Shown in pieces: positions 39,946 to 53,589 of a DNA stretch of 64,000 nucleotides. Both the position numbers and the translations under genes were made by a program. Origin of the DNA: Octopus sinensis (taxonomy: Eukaryota); contig NC_042999.1 in the NCBI RefSeq assembly GCF_006345805.1, positions 102,052,001-102,116,000 on the forward strand, written 5' to 3'. Within the stretch, counting starts at the first letter, position 1. Each line of letters opens with the position of its first letter. The notes beneath the pieces were generated by a model, which saw nothing but the letters and a program-made list of their open reading frames with translations, was not told where the DNA came from and did no database searches.

Positions 39946-39979
<34 letters not shown>

Positions 39980-40618
39980 CATACATACACATCTATAAAG
40001 ATTGAGAAGAGAGCAAGTGAAACTCTATTCATATATATAGAGAGTTCAAAGATTTCAATGGAGGTGCAAGTTGGAGGGAATGTTGTTACACTTGGATGAA
40101 TAGATGAATTGACGACGACGATGATGACGATGACGACGACAGAGGCAGCGATGATGATGATGGCGACTTGCAGTAGGCGAAATTTGTTAGCATGAAAGCA
40201 GCTTATATAGTCTTGGATTGGTATTTTATGCCATTGTACGCTCCTCTGAAGAGAAAGGCCGCTGGGAAATAAACTTCCGGTGACGTCCATTGAACTAGTA
40301 TGGCTGCAGATATATTAGGTGGCCGCGCTCTTTTCATGTTGCAAATAGGAAAGGCGAGGTTTTTGTAATGGACCCAGTCACAGTCGACACTTCAAATAGG
40401 CATATGGAAAATAACACAGAATAGAAGTGTGTGTATGTGTGTGTGTGTGTTTCTGCGGTTGTGCGCACAATGTGGGTGTAAAAGTTGTATTCATATATTT
40501 ACGTGTGTGTGTGTGTGGATATATAGACATGTTTTAAAATGTGTGCATGCACTAAAATATTCAGTCTAATCAAACGTTTTCAATTTTATATATCAAATGT
40601 TTTTGACTGTGTAATGTA

Positions 40619-40672
<54 letters not shown>

Positions 40673-41149
40673 CATACATACATACATCTCTGTGTTTGTA
40701 CACACACAATGTAATATATAAAATATATACACGTGCGCATGTGACTGTGGTATATATGTTTTGTTTGTTATTTTTTCATTTATGTATAATTTAAAGATGA
40801 AAAGGTATGTAAATGCATGCTTGTATGTGTTACAATATTAAAAAGAAACAAATTGAAAGATTGAAATGACATTTATTCACACACATAAGCGCATGCACAT
40901 ATAAACACAGAAACACATGCACTCTACAAACATGTAGAAACACCACAAAAGATTAAATGAAACCACACACACACATACACACGAGTTAATTACTAAAGAA
41001 GCTGTGAATAAGCTTATATGTGTACTTAAATATGTTTCAAGCCGCTAACAGTTGTGTTTTGTTTGTTTTAAGTGTTTCCACTCAGTGTTTGAGCTTGGTT
41101 TTTGAGAGACGTAAATGAAGAGTTAGAGGGGAAGGAAGGGAGAGAGAGA

Positions 41150-41778
41150 CGGCCAGGTTCAAGGAAGAGCAAGAACTAAATACTAGGGAAAGATAAAAGG
41201 ACGAAGCATGTGTGTATAAAGTTGATGATAGAGAACAAATCTATGAACGAAAGGAGAGAGAGAGAGAGAGAGAGAAGAGAGAGAGAGAACTATCGAGCCA
41301 ATTACAGAGTCGCAAACATAGGCGAAGTAGAGGGGAATTATGCGAGGGACTGAGTGAGAAAAAAGAAAGAAAAAAAGAACTGAAAGAGGAAAATGAAAGT
41401 AGAGAGCCAATACGGAATGAGGAAGAGGAGAGCAACACACACACACAAAAAAAACAACGCAAAAGAGAGATACAAATAAATAGATAGATAAGAGAAGAAA
41501 ATCAGAGGAGAAACTCGAATGAAAGTGAGAATGAAGAATAATAGGAAGCGAAATGTAAAAGTAAAATAGAGAAGGTGCGAGAGAGGTGGATAGAAAGCAA
41601 GTATGAGAAGTGAATATGTAAGAAATCTAAGCGATAAAAAAAGGAAAGAAAGAATAGAAAAGATAGACAAACCGATATATAACACACACACACACATAAG
41701 ATAGCTACATAGATGGATAGATATAAAGATAAACAGATAAAAGATGAGAGATAGACAGATAAAGATGTGTGTGTGTGT

Positions 41779-41823
<45 letters not shown>

Positions 41824-42060
41824 TTCGTTAGGGAGAGAGTGGGATGAACGAGAAGAGAACAGTAGAAAGAGGTACCTAGAAAAAGAAAGACGAGCAGAGC
41901 AATAGAGATTAGGGGGATAAGGGAGAGAAGAGGCAAAAACAACATGGAAATGTTATAATTGCAAAACGGAAGAGTGAAAGATAGAGGGTGAGAGAGAAAA
42001 GGAGAGAAAAACAATTATAGAGAGGGTGGGAGGTAAAGGGGGAGAACAGGGTGGTAAGGA
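41150..42060. repeat. Long polypurine (GA-rich) low-complexity tract
   Basis: About 900 bp strongly A/G-biased with (GA)n and (GATA)n. Confidence 0.85.
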
Positions 42061-42249
42061 TATATATTACAGGAGCGGTTTTTAGTACAACAAATATGAA
42101 AACGCAACAACTTTGAACTTATCTTTTGATATATATACATACAGACATACATATATATTATATATATTTACACACATACATACGGATGTAACGCAACTTC
42201 TCTGAAGTCTTTTAGCTTCAAAGGCAGTTATGTGTGTGTGTTTATGTAT

Positions 42250-42300
<51 letters not shown>

Positions 42301-42485
42301 TACTCAACATATATATTATATAGCCTCTGAAAACGCGTCGTTTTTATGTTGAGGCCATACATGTTATATGTGCATGTATTTTACATATGTATATATATAT
42401 ATATACCACAACACACACATATGAACATACACATTTCATATAATGCATATGCAAGCTCATACACTATATAAGTATATATATATAT

Positions 42486-42525
<40 letters not shown>

Positions 42526-42706
42526 GTTATGTGTGTAACATATAGTAACCGGAATTGCTCACATGCGTGTGTTCATGAAGTGATATCCGATTATGTTATG
42601 ATGGATGATTTTACGGTGTATCCGTATGCAAAGAAGCCGTATGTTCATGTATATAAATGCATAAATATCAATTCTTGTCTGCACACACACACAACACACA
42701 CACACA

Positions 42707-42742
<36 letters not shown>

Positions 42743-43376
42743 GAATATATGATCGTATGTACACTTATGCCTCGAACGTTTGTAGTCAAAGCTTTTCCTT
42801 AAGTAATTTCATTTAACTGAACACGTTTATACTAATATATATGTAATGTATGGATGCAAACATGTGTGTATGTATACATACAATTTGTGAAGTTTTAACA
42901 TTCGATGTTATATATTGAAGGTTAAACCGATGATTACCTTCACGTGTGCTGTATGTTGCTTTTTTAGCTTATTTTGATATGAATAACAAGTCCGCATCCT
43001 TTTCAGTTAGTTTTCTGTGTGTGTGTAAATGAAACACGTGTACAACATTCTTTTTCGACTGACTTATGCACTTAATAATGCAAGGAGCCATTATAGCGCA
43101 TTATTAGAAATAATTTCGCACAAGAATATGGTGTTGCACCCATGCAGAAAAATGCGAGTGAATCGTTAAACTCTTAATATTCTAAATTCGGAGTTGGTGA
43201 TTTTATCAGTCACATTATTCCCACGATCTTTTGGTGCAAGCGTCACCAACATGACACCATCGATTCCATCAGATTGTGGGGTAGAGAAAGCTTAGAAAAA
43301 CATTTTGAAAACTTAGAAATGTTAATAAGGAAGCAGGAACTCAAACTCGTGTCTTCCGACACACACACACACGTAT

Positions 43377-43424
<48 letters not shown>

Positions 43425-43427
<3 letters not shown>

Positions 43428-43566
43428 AGGTCGACTTTGCCTTTCATCCTTTCCGGGTCGATAAATAAAGTACCAGTTACGCACTGGGGTCGATATAATT
43501 GACTTAATCCCTTTGTCTGTCCTTGCTTGTCCCCTCTATGTTTAGCCCCTTGTGGGCAATAAAGAA

Positions 43567-43569
<3 letters not shown>
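43425..43569 (+). mobile_element. Young 5'-truncated SINE family B (gtgggcaataaagaaata tail) inside (TA)n
   Basis: Near-identical to 63206-63390; (TA)n on both sides. Confidence 0.9.
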
Positions 43570-43606
<37 letters not shown>

Positions 43607-44500
43607 TATGGACACTCACATATATATACACGCATACACACATATTTATATACATATTGTTATATTTCGGGACGGTCATTTTTTTTTTGCCAAATAAACA
43701 CACACACACTCAACCATACATATATAATGTGTCTATGTACCTGATTATATCTATTGTCTACCAATATGCACGCACACAAAACAATATAGACATACACAAG
43801 TATATATTTGCCGGATATGATATATATATATATTGGTTTTGTGTTTATGTTTTCGTTTCTCATTGTGTTCGACGTTTTTTTGGTGTCCTGTAGCCATATA
43901 TGCATGTATATATACATATAGATGTAGGTATGTACATATATGTATGTATATATGCATGTTTTATTTATTATTTTGTTATTAATATAATATATATATACAT
44001 ATATATACACACACACACACACAAATATATTTATGTACGTATTATGTTTGTTTTTGTATATGTGCGTTGGATTGTGTTCTGTAAATATGGCAGTTGCATG
44101 ACAACTGTGGAGCAGGCACTTAATTAGAGAAGTCTTCAAACGAAGCTAATACAAGCAAGCTTCTATGGTTTTTAGCGATGTTGTTGGCTGGTTAGTTGGT
44201 CGGTTTGCTCTTTGGCAAATTTAACTGCTTATTTTGTTTGGGTTTCAATGCTGTGGCTTTTTAGTTTCGCAGTTTTCAATGTCACATGTTGGGTTTTATT
44301 AAATCTTATTTTAGCGTGCACATCATTCGTTTATTTTGACTACACAGCTTTAACAAAAACTCATACACGCAGATACAGACGACGAGCGCGCGTATGCCTA
44401 TCTGCTTATCTATATAAGTGTCTTTCTATCAAAGTATTTATTCAAACACAAACACAAATACACACAGTGTATGATCTGTGTAGGCATGTGTGTATGTGTG

Positions 44501-44547
<47 letters not shown>

Positions 44548-45682
44548 GGGATATCAAAAGTGGGGTCTGAATTCAAATCATGAAGGGCAATCTGAATGAC
44601 GATGATGAGGGCAGATTCTTCGTGTCCGATATCTTGGAGAAGAGTGAAACGCCCTCAGGTGGCTATGTAAACTGAGTCTTGACGCTGTTGGGCTTTTCTT
44701 TCTGCCTGCAGTTAGTAGTTTTAAAGTGAAAGTCGGTCAATGTAATCTGATCCCACCTGGAGGTCTGATCACAGTGGCTCAGCAGACTGAGATATCTAAG
44801 GACTAGCAAGTTGTAGGTTTTATATTGGAGTAGTCTTCACCTAGGTGAATTGCCTTACGGGGCTAGAGAGTACCACTTACTCCTGGAGTTGCCAGAAGGG
44901 TATCAAAGAGAGTACCGGACCACTTGAGGAACTTAACTCCTTGATTTGCTGTCGAAGTTGACTCCCCCAAACCTTTCTCTTTCCCAAAGCACTCTACAAG
45001 GCAATGAGAGTTTGTGTTTGGACTTTCTTCCATAACATGCTAATTAACCCAACTGAGATCCCAAGAGGTCAGAGAATACCTAGGAACAATAGTGGCTAAG
45101 AGGCAGTTCCATACTCGTCAAAACTCTGGAATTCTCGAAACAGTCGAACATTACCATTTCTGTTGCTTTGCTACTTTAAAATTACAATTTAAATATAAAT
45201 AGTAGAAAATGTTGTTTAATATTAGGTTAACTTTCACCTTGCAGACCAATGGTTGTGTGTAGTTTTGCCAGCAAACATGGTAGCTCCGCTTCTCCAGATG
45301 TTATTTACAATACATTACATGCACATTCTAACACAATGGGGACAAAAACAGCCTCTCTACACACTCACTCGGGCTACTAGAAATCACAGTCAAATTCCCT
45401 TCAAATTATAGCTCGTCGGTATTGTCGCGGCTGGAATGTCTTTTAGCACAGGTCTGTTCGACTAGGGGTGAACTGCCCCCCCCCAAAAAAAAACAACACT
45501 TAGCAGTGGACACTATAAAAGAAAGGGAGCGTTGCATCAAAATAACAAGTTACCCTCACATCAGGTACCTGACCCGAATGTTTACCAAAGATATGCAAAG
45601 ATCGGACGAGACGAACATTTTCAAACCCAAAAAGAGTTATATTAGTAACTAACATCATTATAAAAATGTGTTAACGTGGCGA

Positions 45683-46095
45683 ACAGGCAGAAACCGTTAG
45701 CTTGCTGGGAAAATGCTTAGCGGCATTTCTTATATCTTTACGTTCTATGTTCAACTTCCGCTGGGGTCGACTTTGCCTTTCATCCTTCGGAAGTCGATAA
45801 AATAGAACGAGTCGAGTAGGGAGACAGATGTAATCGACAAGTGCAAATTTCAGGCATTGTGCTTGAAGAACGGACTATTAAAAAGTCTTAAGGCGTCGAA
45901 TTGCCTGAATCCTGCACCGGAAAAAAGTGCTTAGTGGTATTTCTTTTAAGTTCTGAGTTCAAATTCCGCTGATGCCGACTTCGTCTTTTCCTATGTGGGG
46001 GTCGGTTAAACAAGAACCAGTTGCACAGTGGAGTTCATGTAATTGACTAACCTTCCCACAAACTTTCAGCCCTTGTGTATATAGCAAGAAGAATT
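45683..46095 (+). mobile_element. Two tandem SINE family B copies
   Basis: ggcagaaaccgttagc... at about 45685 and aaggcgtcgaattgcc... at about 45890. Confidence 0.8.
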
Positions 46096-46530
46096 ATTAA
46101 AATTACCTAATACAACGGTTTTTCAAACACTAGTACCGGATTAATGCCAACTAAAATATAAATGAAATTATTTGGTATTATCCGTTGACAAAAAGATAAC
46201 AAAATTAGTTTGAATTCATATAATTTCTGTTTCTTCCCCAAATATAAGGAGTTGAAAACCAACGTAATTCTACTAAACAGTGCAATTTGTCTGCCAATCT
46301 TTTCAATCCGAGCAATGAAAAATGGCGAATATCACAAACTCTTTACTAACGCTCAAACACGTGCGCGCGCAAGCAGACACACACGCACGCTATATGTATG
46401 TGTGTGTGTGTGTATATTTTTACACTATAGATAGTACATGTGTGTGTATGCATATTCCTTTATACGTTTCAGCCCTGTAAATATAACTATATATGTGTGT
46501 ATACATGTGTATATATATGTATACATGAGC

Positions 46531-46566
<36 letters not shown>

Positions 46567-46979
46567 GCTCATGTATACATATATATCTATATAACATACA
46601 TCACACATAAGCACACAGAGCAATTGGCGGGATTCAAAAAGCTTATTTCCCATCTCACACCTCACACACCCTTCTAGCGTTACTCACCCGTGCATCTATC
46701 TTTAACAAAGACAAAGGATCCAATATCCATCCATTAAGTACATTCCACCTGACTGAATATCTTGCTTATATTGCCGCTGGCAAAATATCTCTTCAGATGG
46801 CTTTTTCAAGGCGGTAAGAGCGAACTTTGCTTTTTGAAACATGAAAGTCACAGGTTTCTTTTAACTGCTCGCGACCAGGGCTATCCGCAAAGAGCTATGG
46901 TAACTAACATCAGAAAATTGCTAAATCCTCTACAGTTTAATCACACGGTCTCTCTTTCTCTCTCCCCCACTCTCTCTCT

Positions 46980-47094
46980 CATATAATATATATATATAAT
47001 TTTTATGTATGTATGTATATTGCGCGTTACGTTCCGGGTTCGTTTGTGAATATACGCGTACATTATACCGTGCATATGTGCACATTCACACACA

Positions 47095-47125
<31 letters not shown>

Positions 47126-47254
47126 CACACACACACACACTATATTGTGTAGATACATGCACGTATGTTTATATATAATATATATTATACATATATGTAT
47201 ATAGCTGATTGTGTGTTTGAATGCATATGCCTATATATATATATATATCTATAT

Positions 47255-47290
<36 letters not shown>

Positions 47291-47358
47291 CATAGATTAT
47301 AATATATATACATATGCATATATATATATATATGATATATATATATATACATATGCAG

Positions 47359-47389
<31 letters not shown>

Positions 47390-47573
47390 GCATATATATA
47401 TATATATATATACATATGCATATATATATATATATACATATGCATATATATATATACATATGCATATATATATATATACATATGCATATATATATATATA
47501 TACATATATGCATATATATATATATACATATATGCATATATACACATATATATATACATATACACATATAAGC

Positions 47574-47610
<37 letters not shown>

Positions 47611-48031
47611 TTTACATATATGCATACATGTATTTATGCATACATATGTATATATGTATCTCTTTCTCTCATATATATAATCATACGTATGTCGGTGTGT
47701 GTACATAATTATACGTATTATAGTATATTTTTATACGTACACATACATACATACATACATACATACATACATACATACATGCGCATATACGCGCACATGC
47801 ATACACACATTTTGTGTGCGTGTATGTGTGCGTGTGCTTATGCCGTACGAGGTAATATGAAAGACATCACAGATTCTTCCCACATATCTCCACCACAGCG
47901 TTACCAATTGCTTCACATCTACTTTCTATTAAATATTCTATTTACGCCAGGAATTCTATATTTGTATATTCCTAATTTAAAGCACTTTTGACACTCTTTG
48001 TAGCTTCCATGTGTGTATCTGTACAATATAC

Positions 48032-48062
<31 letters not shown>

Positions 48063-48107
48063 ATATATATAACATACATATACACACATATATATATACA
48101 TACATAT

Positions 48108-48197
<90 letters not shown>

Positions 48198-48218
48198 ACA
48201 CATATATATATCTATATA

Positions 48219-48249
<31 letters not shown>

Positions 48250-48256
48250 TATGATA

Positions 48257-48299
<43 letters not shown>

Positions 48300-48592
48300 T
48301 ATATATTATATACACACATATATATATATATACACACATAATATATATATATACTACATACATATATATACACATAATATACATACATATATATATACAT
48401 ACATACATCATATATATATATACATACATACCTATATATACATACATATATATATACATACATACATATATACATACATACATATATAAACTATACATAT
48501 ATCTATATACATACATACATATATATACATATATATATATACATATATACATACATATATATACATCATACATATTATATAAAATACATACA

Positions 48593-48627
<35 letters not shown>

Positions 48628-48830
48628 GTGTGTGTGTGTGGTGTGTATGTATATATATATATATATATGTATGGTATGTATATATAAATACATAGATCAA
48701 AGGAACTGTATATATATATATATATAGTATATATATATATATATATATATATATCCACACATACATATATATATATGTATATACACACAAATATACGTAT
48801 GTATATCAATATGTGTACACACACACACAC
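46980..48830. repeat. Very long compound (TA)/(CA)/(CATA)/(TATGCA) microsatellite region
   Basis: Directly visible; source of the 238-aa IYIY ORFs. Confidence 0.92.
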
Positions 48831-49502
48831 ATCCTGTGGCACGTGCATGCATATAGTCATTTGACAAATCGACTGATGTGAATTAACACACAAACACAGT
48901 GAGAGAGTCTCTCTCCCCCTCCCTCCCTCTCTCTATTCAATTCCACCTACACTTCTACGCTTGCTTCCACGAAAAGCCATTGTCTATGGTGAGTAGTAAA
49001 ACTCCGATTAACCGATTTTATGCACGCTATTTGTAGACAAAATCTCCCTCTATCTGTGTTAAACAGCTACAAACAAGCAAGAGATATAACCCTGAAGATT
49101 ATTTGATAGAATTTTTTTGGACAACGTAAGACAATATAAATAGGGGCATAACCTATCTTTGAAGGTAAGTTGTAACTGAATAAACTGATGTTGACATGTT
49201 TCGGTATTATTAAAGCTCGTCGGTGAATTATAGTCTATTTAATTGATAAAACATACAGAAATTTATAGCTGGGAGAAGGTGCAACAGGGGTGTTCTCCAT
49301 ATTAAGCCTTCCACTACATAATGAAATTAAATTTCATGCATAATTAAATCACGCCGAGAGCGCCGGAGACACTTCTCTGGAGATGTCTCCGCGGCTCCCA
49401 GCGTAAGGAGAGTTTTTTTTTTAAGCCGTGGGGTAAAACAGCTTTCCGCGTTCAAATGGTTAAATACAGTTAATACTACATTTACAAAATTTCTCTTATT
49501 TC

Positions 49503-49561
<59 letters not shown>

Positions 49562-49764
49562 ATGCCTATTGAGTAGAATATATTTCTCTGAAGAGGTCTA
49601 CTGATACTTTTAGCAGCTAATCTTCAAAACAAGATCCGTTTTCATGTCATGTTCATCGTCTTTTTTTGTGCCCTACTAGATTCAGTTAGCTGATGATATT
49701 GGAGTTGTTTCCCTTGCTGTTTTCTAAACACCATCAGAGTAAAATTTTGTCTACTAATTGTATA

Positions 49765-50005
49765 AAGATATCCCTCGGTCATGAAAGACCATGGGATTGC
49801 ACCCTCAAAGTTACCCTCAAAGGCGCATGTTCGGACAAGATTGTTTATGGAAGGCCAGCAGTCGCCCATGCATACCAGCTTCTCCTCTCCACGCCATCGA
49901 CTTTATTATCCAAGGGAAAGGCAACGCCGATACGACTTGGCACCAGTGGCGTCTCAACTCATTTCTACTGTTGAGTGAAGTGGAGAAACATGACATAAAG
50001 TAGGA
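49765..50005 (-). mobile_element. SINE family C core with an alternative 3' tail, head missing
   Basis: caactcatttctactgttgagtgaagtggagaaacatgacataaag matches the family C core; tail tccctcggtcatgaaagaccatgggattgcacc differs from other copies. Confidence 0.7.
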
Positions 50006-50314
50006 TTTTTTTCCAACTACCTCATATATGCGGGGGGCACTTCCGTGTGTATGTATTTATTTTGCAGGATACTCCCTTGAGGTATTTCTAATTTTTCCTC
50101 AGTTCTATTGTCGATATACTTTGTAGTGATTTAGTTTTTATCATATGGTATTCATTTGTTATTCATTTTAAGCCTGCCACAGCAGTATACTCAATCGGAT
50201 CCGCACCGACAGATAAATGGCTACACGCACACATATACATGCTGCAGCCTTCGTATACTAGCTATATGTGCACTAGACGTATACCAGCGACCCACCAGAA
50301 ATATTATCGTAAAT

Positions 50315-50570
50315 CAGTGGTTCTCAACTGGGGTCCACATGGCCTTTAAGGGAGTCCACATAAGATTTTGCTGTTGAAATTTATGTGAAATTGGTTATAC
50401 TTCTAGAATTCACAAAATAGTTTAATAATTTTTTTTACACAATTCGTTAATAATGTGTAAATTAGAAAAATACAATTGGAGATTTTTAAACATCGAATGT
50501 TTATTAGGATCCAGGAAAGTAAAATAGGAATCAAAGGGGTCCATAGGCAAAAGGTGGTTGAGAAACACTG
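50315..50570. mobile_element. hAT-like MITE
   Basis: TIRs cagtggttctcaac / gttgagaaacactg; flanking 8-mers tcgtaaat / gtgcaaat match 5 of 8. Confidence 0.85.
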
Positions 50571-51181
50571 GTGCAAATTCTTTGCCCGAAACGATACCCT
50601 TTTATTACTGACGTGACCTGTATCGTTCTTCTTTCGTTGTTGAAATGCTTAAAACCTTAATTTTATTAAACAAGGTTATTTGTTCGCCCCTTTTTAATCC
50701 ACAGACCCGACCCATTGAGAAATATTGCACTAGCCAGCATCCATGTTATTAATTAAGCAATGTCTTCTAAAATAAGCATGAGCATCCGACTGCTGCAGGG
50801 ACCACATGAGGCCCTTTATGACGTTTTAATATGGCGTGCGTAATTTTGATAAACATTTTGAAACATAATCTTTAGGCTCAACTCTATTAGTTTAAACAAT
50901 TCCCCCTCCTCCTCTCTCTCTTCCTCCCACACACACACTTTTATTCATTCACACTTTCCTCTTGAACAAGTTTTTATGATATTTACATAGAGTAATAATA
51001 AAAGATGTACTTAGTACTATATATGATGTTACATTATACATTTCGTAGAGTGACCCCATTAATGATGACCAATATTCTATAAGGCCCCAGAAAAAGGTGG
51101 TCTATGCTTAATCTATGCCACCCACATACTTCGTTTCTCTACATCTCTTATTCGTCCCTACTTCTATCTACCTACCATTCA

Positions 51182-51224
<43 letters not shown>

Positions 51225-51839
51225 TGTGTGTGTGCATGCGTGCGTGTAAATATACTTATAAACATTCTTCAATAATCTATCGATACATTTTTACATTCAG
51301 CTTTTAATCCGTCCATGTATAATTAAAGAAAATAGTTCGTTTCATGAAAAATAAATATAAATATACAAGCAAAAGCATCGTCTTCTTGTCTTCTTTTTTA
51401 TCTTATACATTCTCTGTCTTTCACTTTCTCTCTCACACTCCTCTCTTCCACAAAAATCACCCCCGCCTCATTCTCTACACAAACACCCACATACAAATTA
51501 AATATTTATGGGCAAATCAGCAGTTTTGTTTCTTTATTGGCAACCATCAAATAACTTCTGGCAACTAAAATGATAAATATATAAACTTGAAAGACTTTTG
51601 GTGTTTCTATAAATAAAATATCGGATTTGAAGGAAACTTTAGAGAGAAAATTTACACTGGAATGAGTATTCTCTTATTCTCTCGGTTTCTTGTGAACTGA
51701 CAGTGTAGTTTTCCTATAAGGAGTTGAACGCTACGTTGCCAGCTCTGTTAGCTACGGAAGATTCTGCATGCACTGTACATTTATTTAATCTCTTCAGATT
51801 GAATTCCTATCGGGACTTTGGCAATCATCATCAGCGTTA

Positions 51840-52440
51840 ATTGGACCAGAGTATTAGCGTGGCTCTCCGTCGATTACGACGATGAATGTTCCATTCGATT
51901 ACGACGATGATTTGGAGGATTTTTTCAATCGAATACTGGTTGAATGTGTCACGTAGAACACGGTTTACTCTTAACGTTTTTGACAAAACTTTGTATTTTA
52001 GAAGTTATTTCGTGTTCAAGTTGTCGTATTTGGATAATTTTAACCAATCAATGACGTGAATTTAGCCGAAAAAAAGCTACAGTGTTCTGCGTGACACATT
52101 CAACTAGTATCCGAAGTTTCAAACTGTTTGGTTAAAAAAAATTAATTTAAAAATCTGTGACTGAGATTGAAAAGATCCTCTTTCGATCAATGGAATAGCC
52201 AGCTCGTGAAATTAATGTGCAAATGGCTGAGCACTCCATAGACGCGCGTAGCCGTAACATAGTTCTGAGTGTGACAAGACTGGCCCTTTTGAATTACAGA
52301 TACAACTCGTTTTACCAGCTGAGTGGACTTGAGCAACGTGAAATAAAGTGTCTTACTCAAGGACACAATGCGCTGTCGGGAATCGAACTCACGACCTTAC
52401 GATCGTAAACCGAATACCCTAACCACAAATCCACGCGCCA
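51840..52440 (-). mobile_element. SINE family C (third tail type) interrupted by a family D MITE
   Basis: Head and core at 52300-52440; tail pieces at 52182-52300 and 51840-51895. Confidence 0.75.
51917..52178. mobile_element. Internally deleted family D MITE
   Basis: Ends ggattttttcaatc / gattgaaaagatcc; internal taaccaatcaatgacg and ccgaagtttcaaactgtttgg match family D arms. Confidence 0.75.
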
Positions 52441-52660
52441 GGCTATTGACGTGTAACAGTTTCGTAATAGTTCGGATTTCAAGACTATTATTTAAACTGT
52501 ACTTTTCTCAGCGTTGTTTCTCATTGAAACAGCAGAGTATACTTTGTATCTTCTATACAACGCCTCGGTTAATTCTGTTTCCTTAATTATTTTGCATATA
52601 GCCCTAGAAATTTCTTCTACCTAAGCAATCAACCATATTTTTTCCCATTTATCATCACCT

Positions 52661-52967
52661 TTTACTTGTTTCAGTCATTTGACTTCAGCCATGCTGGGGC
52701 ACCGCCTTGAGTTTTTAGTTGAATAAATCGACCCCAGGACTTTTTTTAAAGTATGGTACTTTTTCTATCGTTTCTTTTGTCGAACTGCTAAGCTATGGGG
52801 ACGCAAACACACCAACACCCGTTGTCAAACGGTGGTGGTGGACAAACACACACACACATATATGTATATATATAGCAATGCATCTAAATTGAAGCAATGA
52901 TTGCATTGTTCAATTAAATGGAGCGGTGGAAACGGTCGTATTGCATTACTACTTGATATCCTGTTGC

Positions 52968-53027
<60 letters not shown>

Positions 53028-53193
53028 GGCATTATATACATACATGCCACACGCTAAGAGGGACAAAATTAGTCATTTCTACCAAAAGTTTTACTAATCC
53101 CACCGAATGCAATTTTTCAAAGTAAGACATTTAAAAATATGGACTTGTATCACCTGTGATTTCATACCTCTGTATTCATCAGCAAGCCTGGAC

Positions 53194-53251
<58 letters not shown>

Positions 53252-53350
53252 GACGGGCTGCTTTCAGTTCCGTCTTCCAAATTCACTCACAGCGCTTTGA
53301 TCGGCCTGAGGCTATATTAGAAGATACATGCCGAAGGTGCCTCACAGTGG
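52661..53350 (-). mobile_element. SINE family A split by about 370 bp of extra sequence in its central microsatellite
   Basis: 3' half at 52661-52860, 5' half at 53250-53350, same orientation. Confidence 0.75.
52880..52965 (+). repeat. ~86-bp dispersed repeat (second copy 59205-59291), each followed by (TA)n
   Basis: gcat.taaattga.gcaatg.ttgcattgttcaattaaatgga...aaacggtcgta.tgcat.ac....gatatcctgtt in both. Confidence 0.85.
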
Positions 53351-53384
53351 TGGTACTGTATGGTGGTACTAATGTTGCATCTTG

Positions 53385-53557
53385 AGGGAGAAAAAGAGCC
53401 GCAGGGCGCTCTAACACCACGCGGCGAAGGCATTGGATAAGGAAAGTAGACGAGAAAGTCGGATGGAATGAGACCAGAACAGTGACAGAAAGCAGAACTG
53501 GTTGAAAAGATTATCTTGCGGTCTTATGTGCCTTATGGCACGGAGAGAACTGACTAA
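53385..53557 (+). pseudogene. RTE-clade LINE extreme 3' end
   Basis: GRSNTTRRRHW...WNETRTVTESRTG*KDYLAVLCALWHGEN* resembles the RTE terminal GRP.TTW...W..L..ALC...H.E.* pattern. Confidence 0.55.
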
Positions 53558-53589
53558 ATATGGGTATGGAACCAGTAATTTTAGGGGAT

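Noticed and set aside
47977-48727. 238-aa ORFs on both strands, and the many other IYIY/CVCV/HTHT ORFs
   Set aside because: Pure translations of TA/CA/CATA microsatellites, which lack stop codons in some frames; no coding signal.
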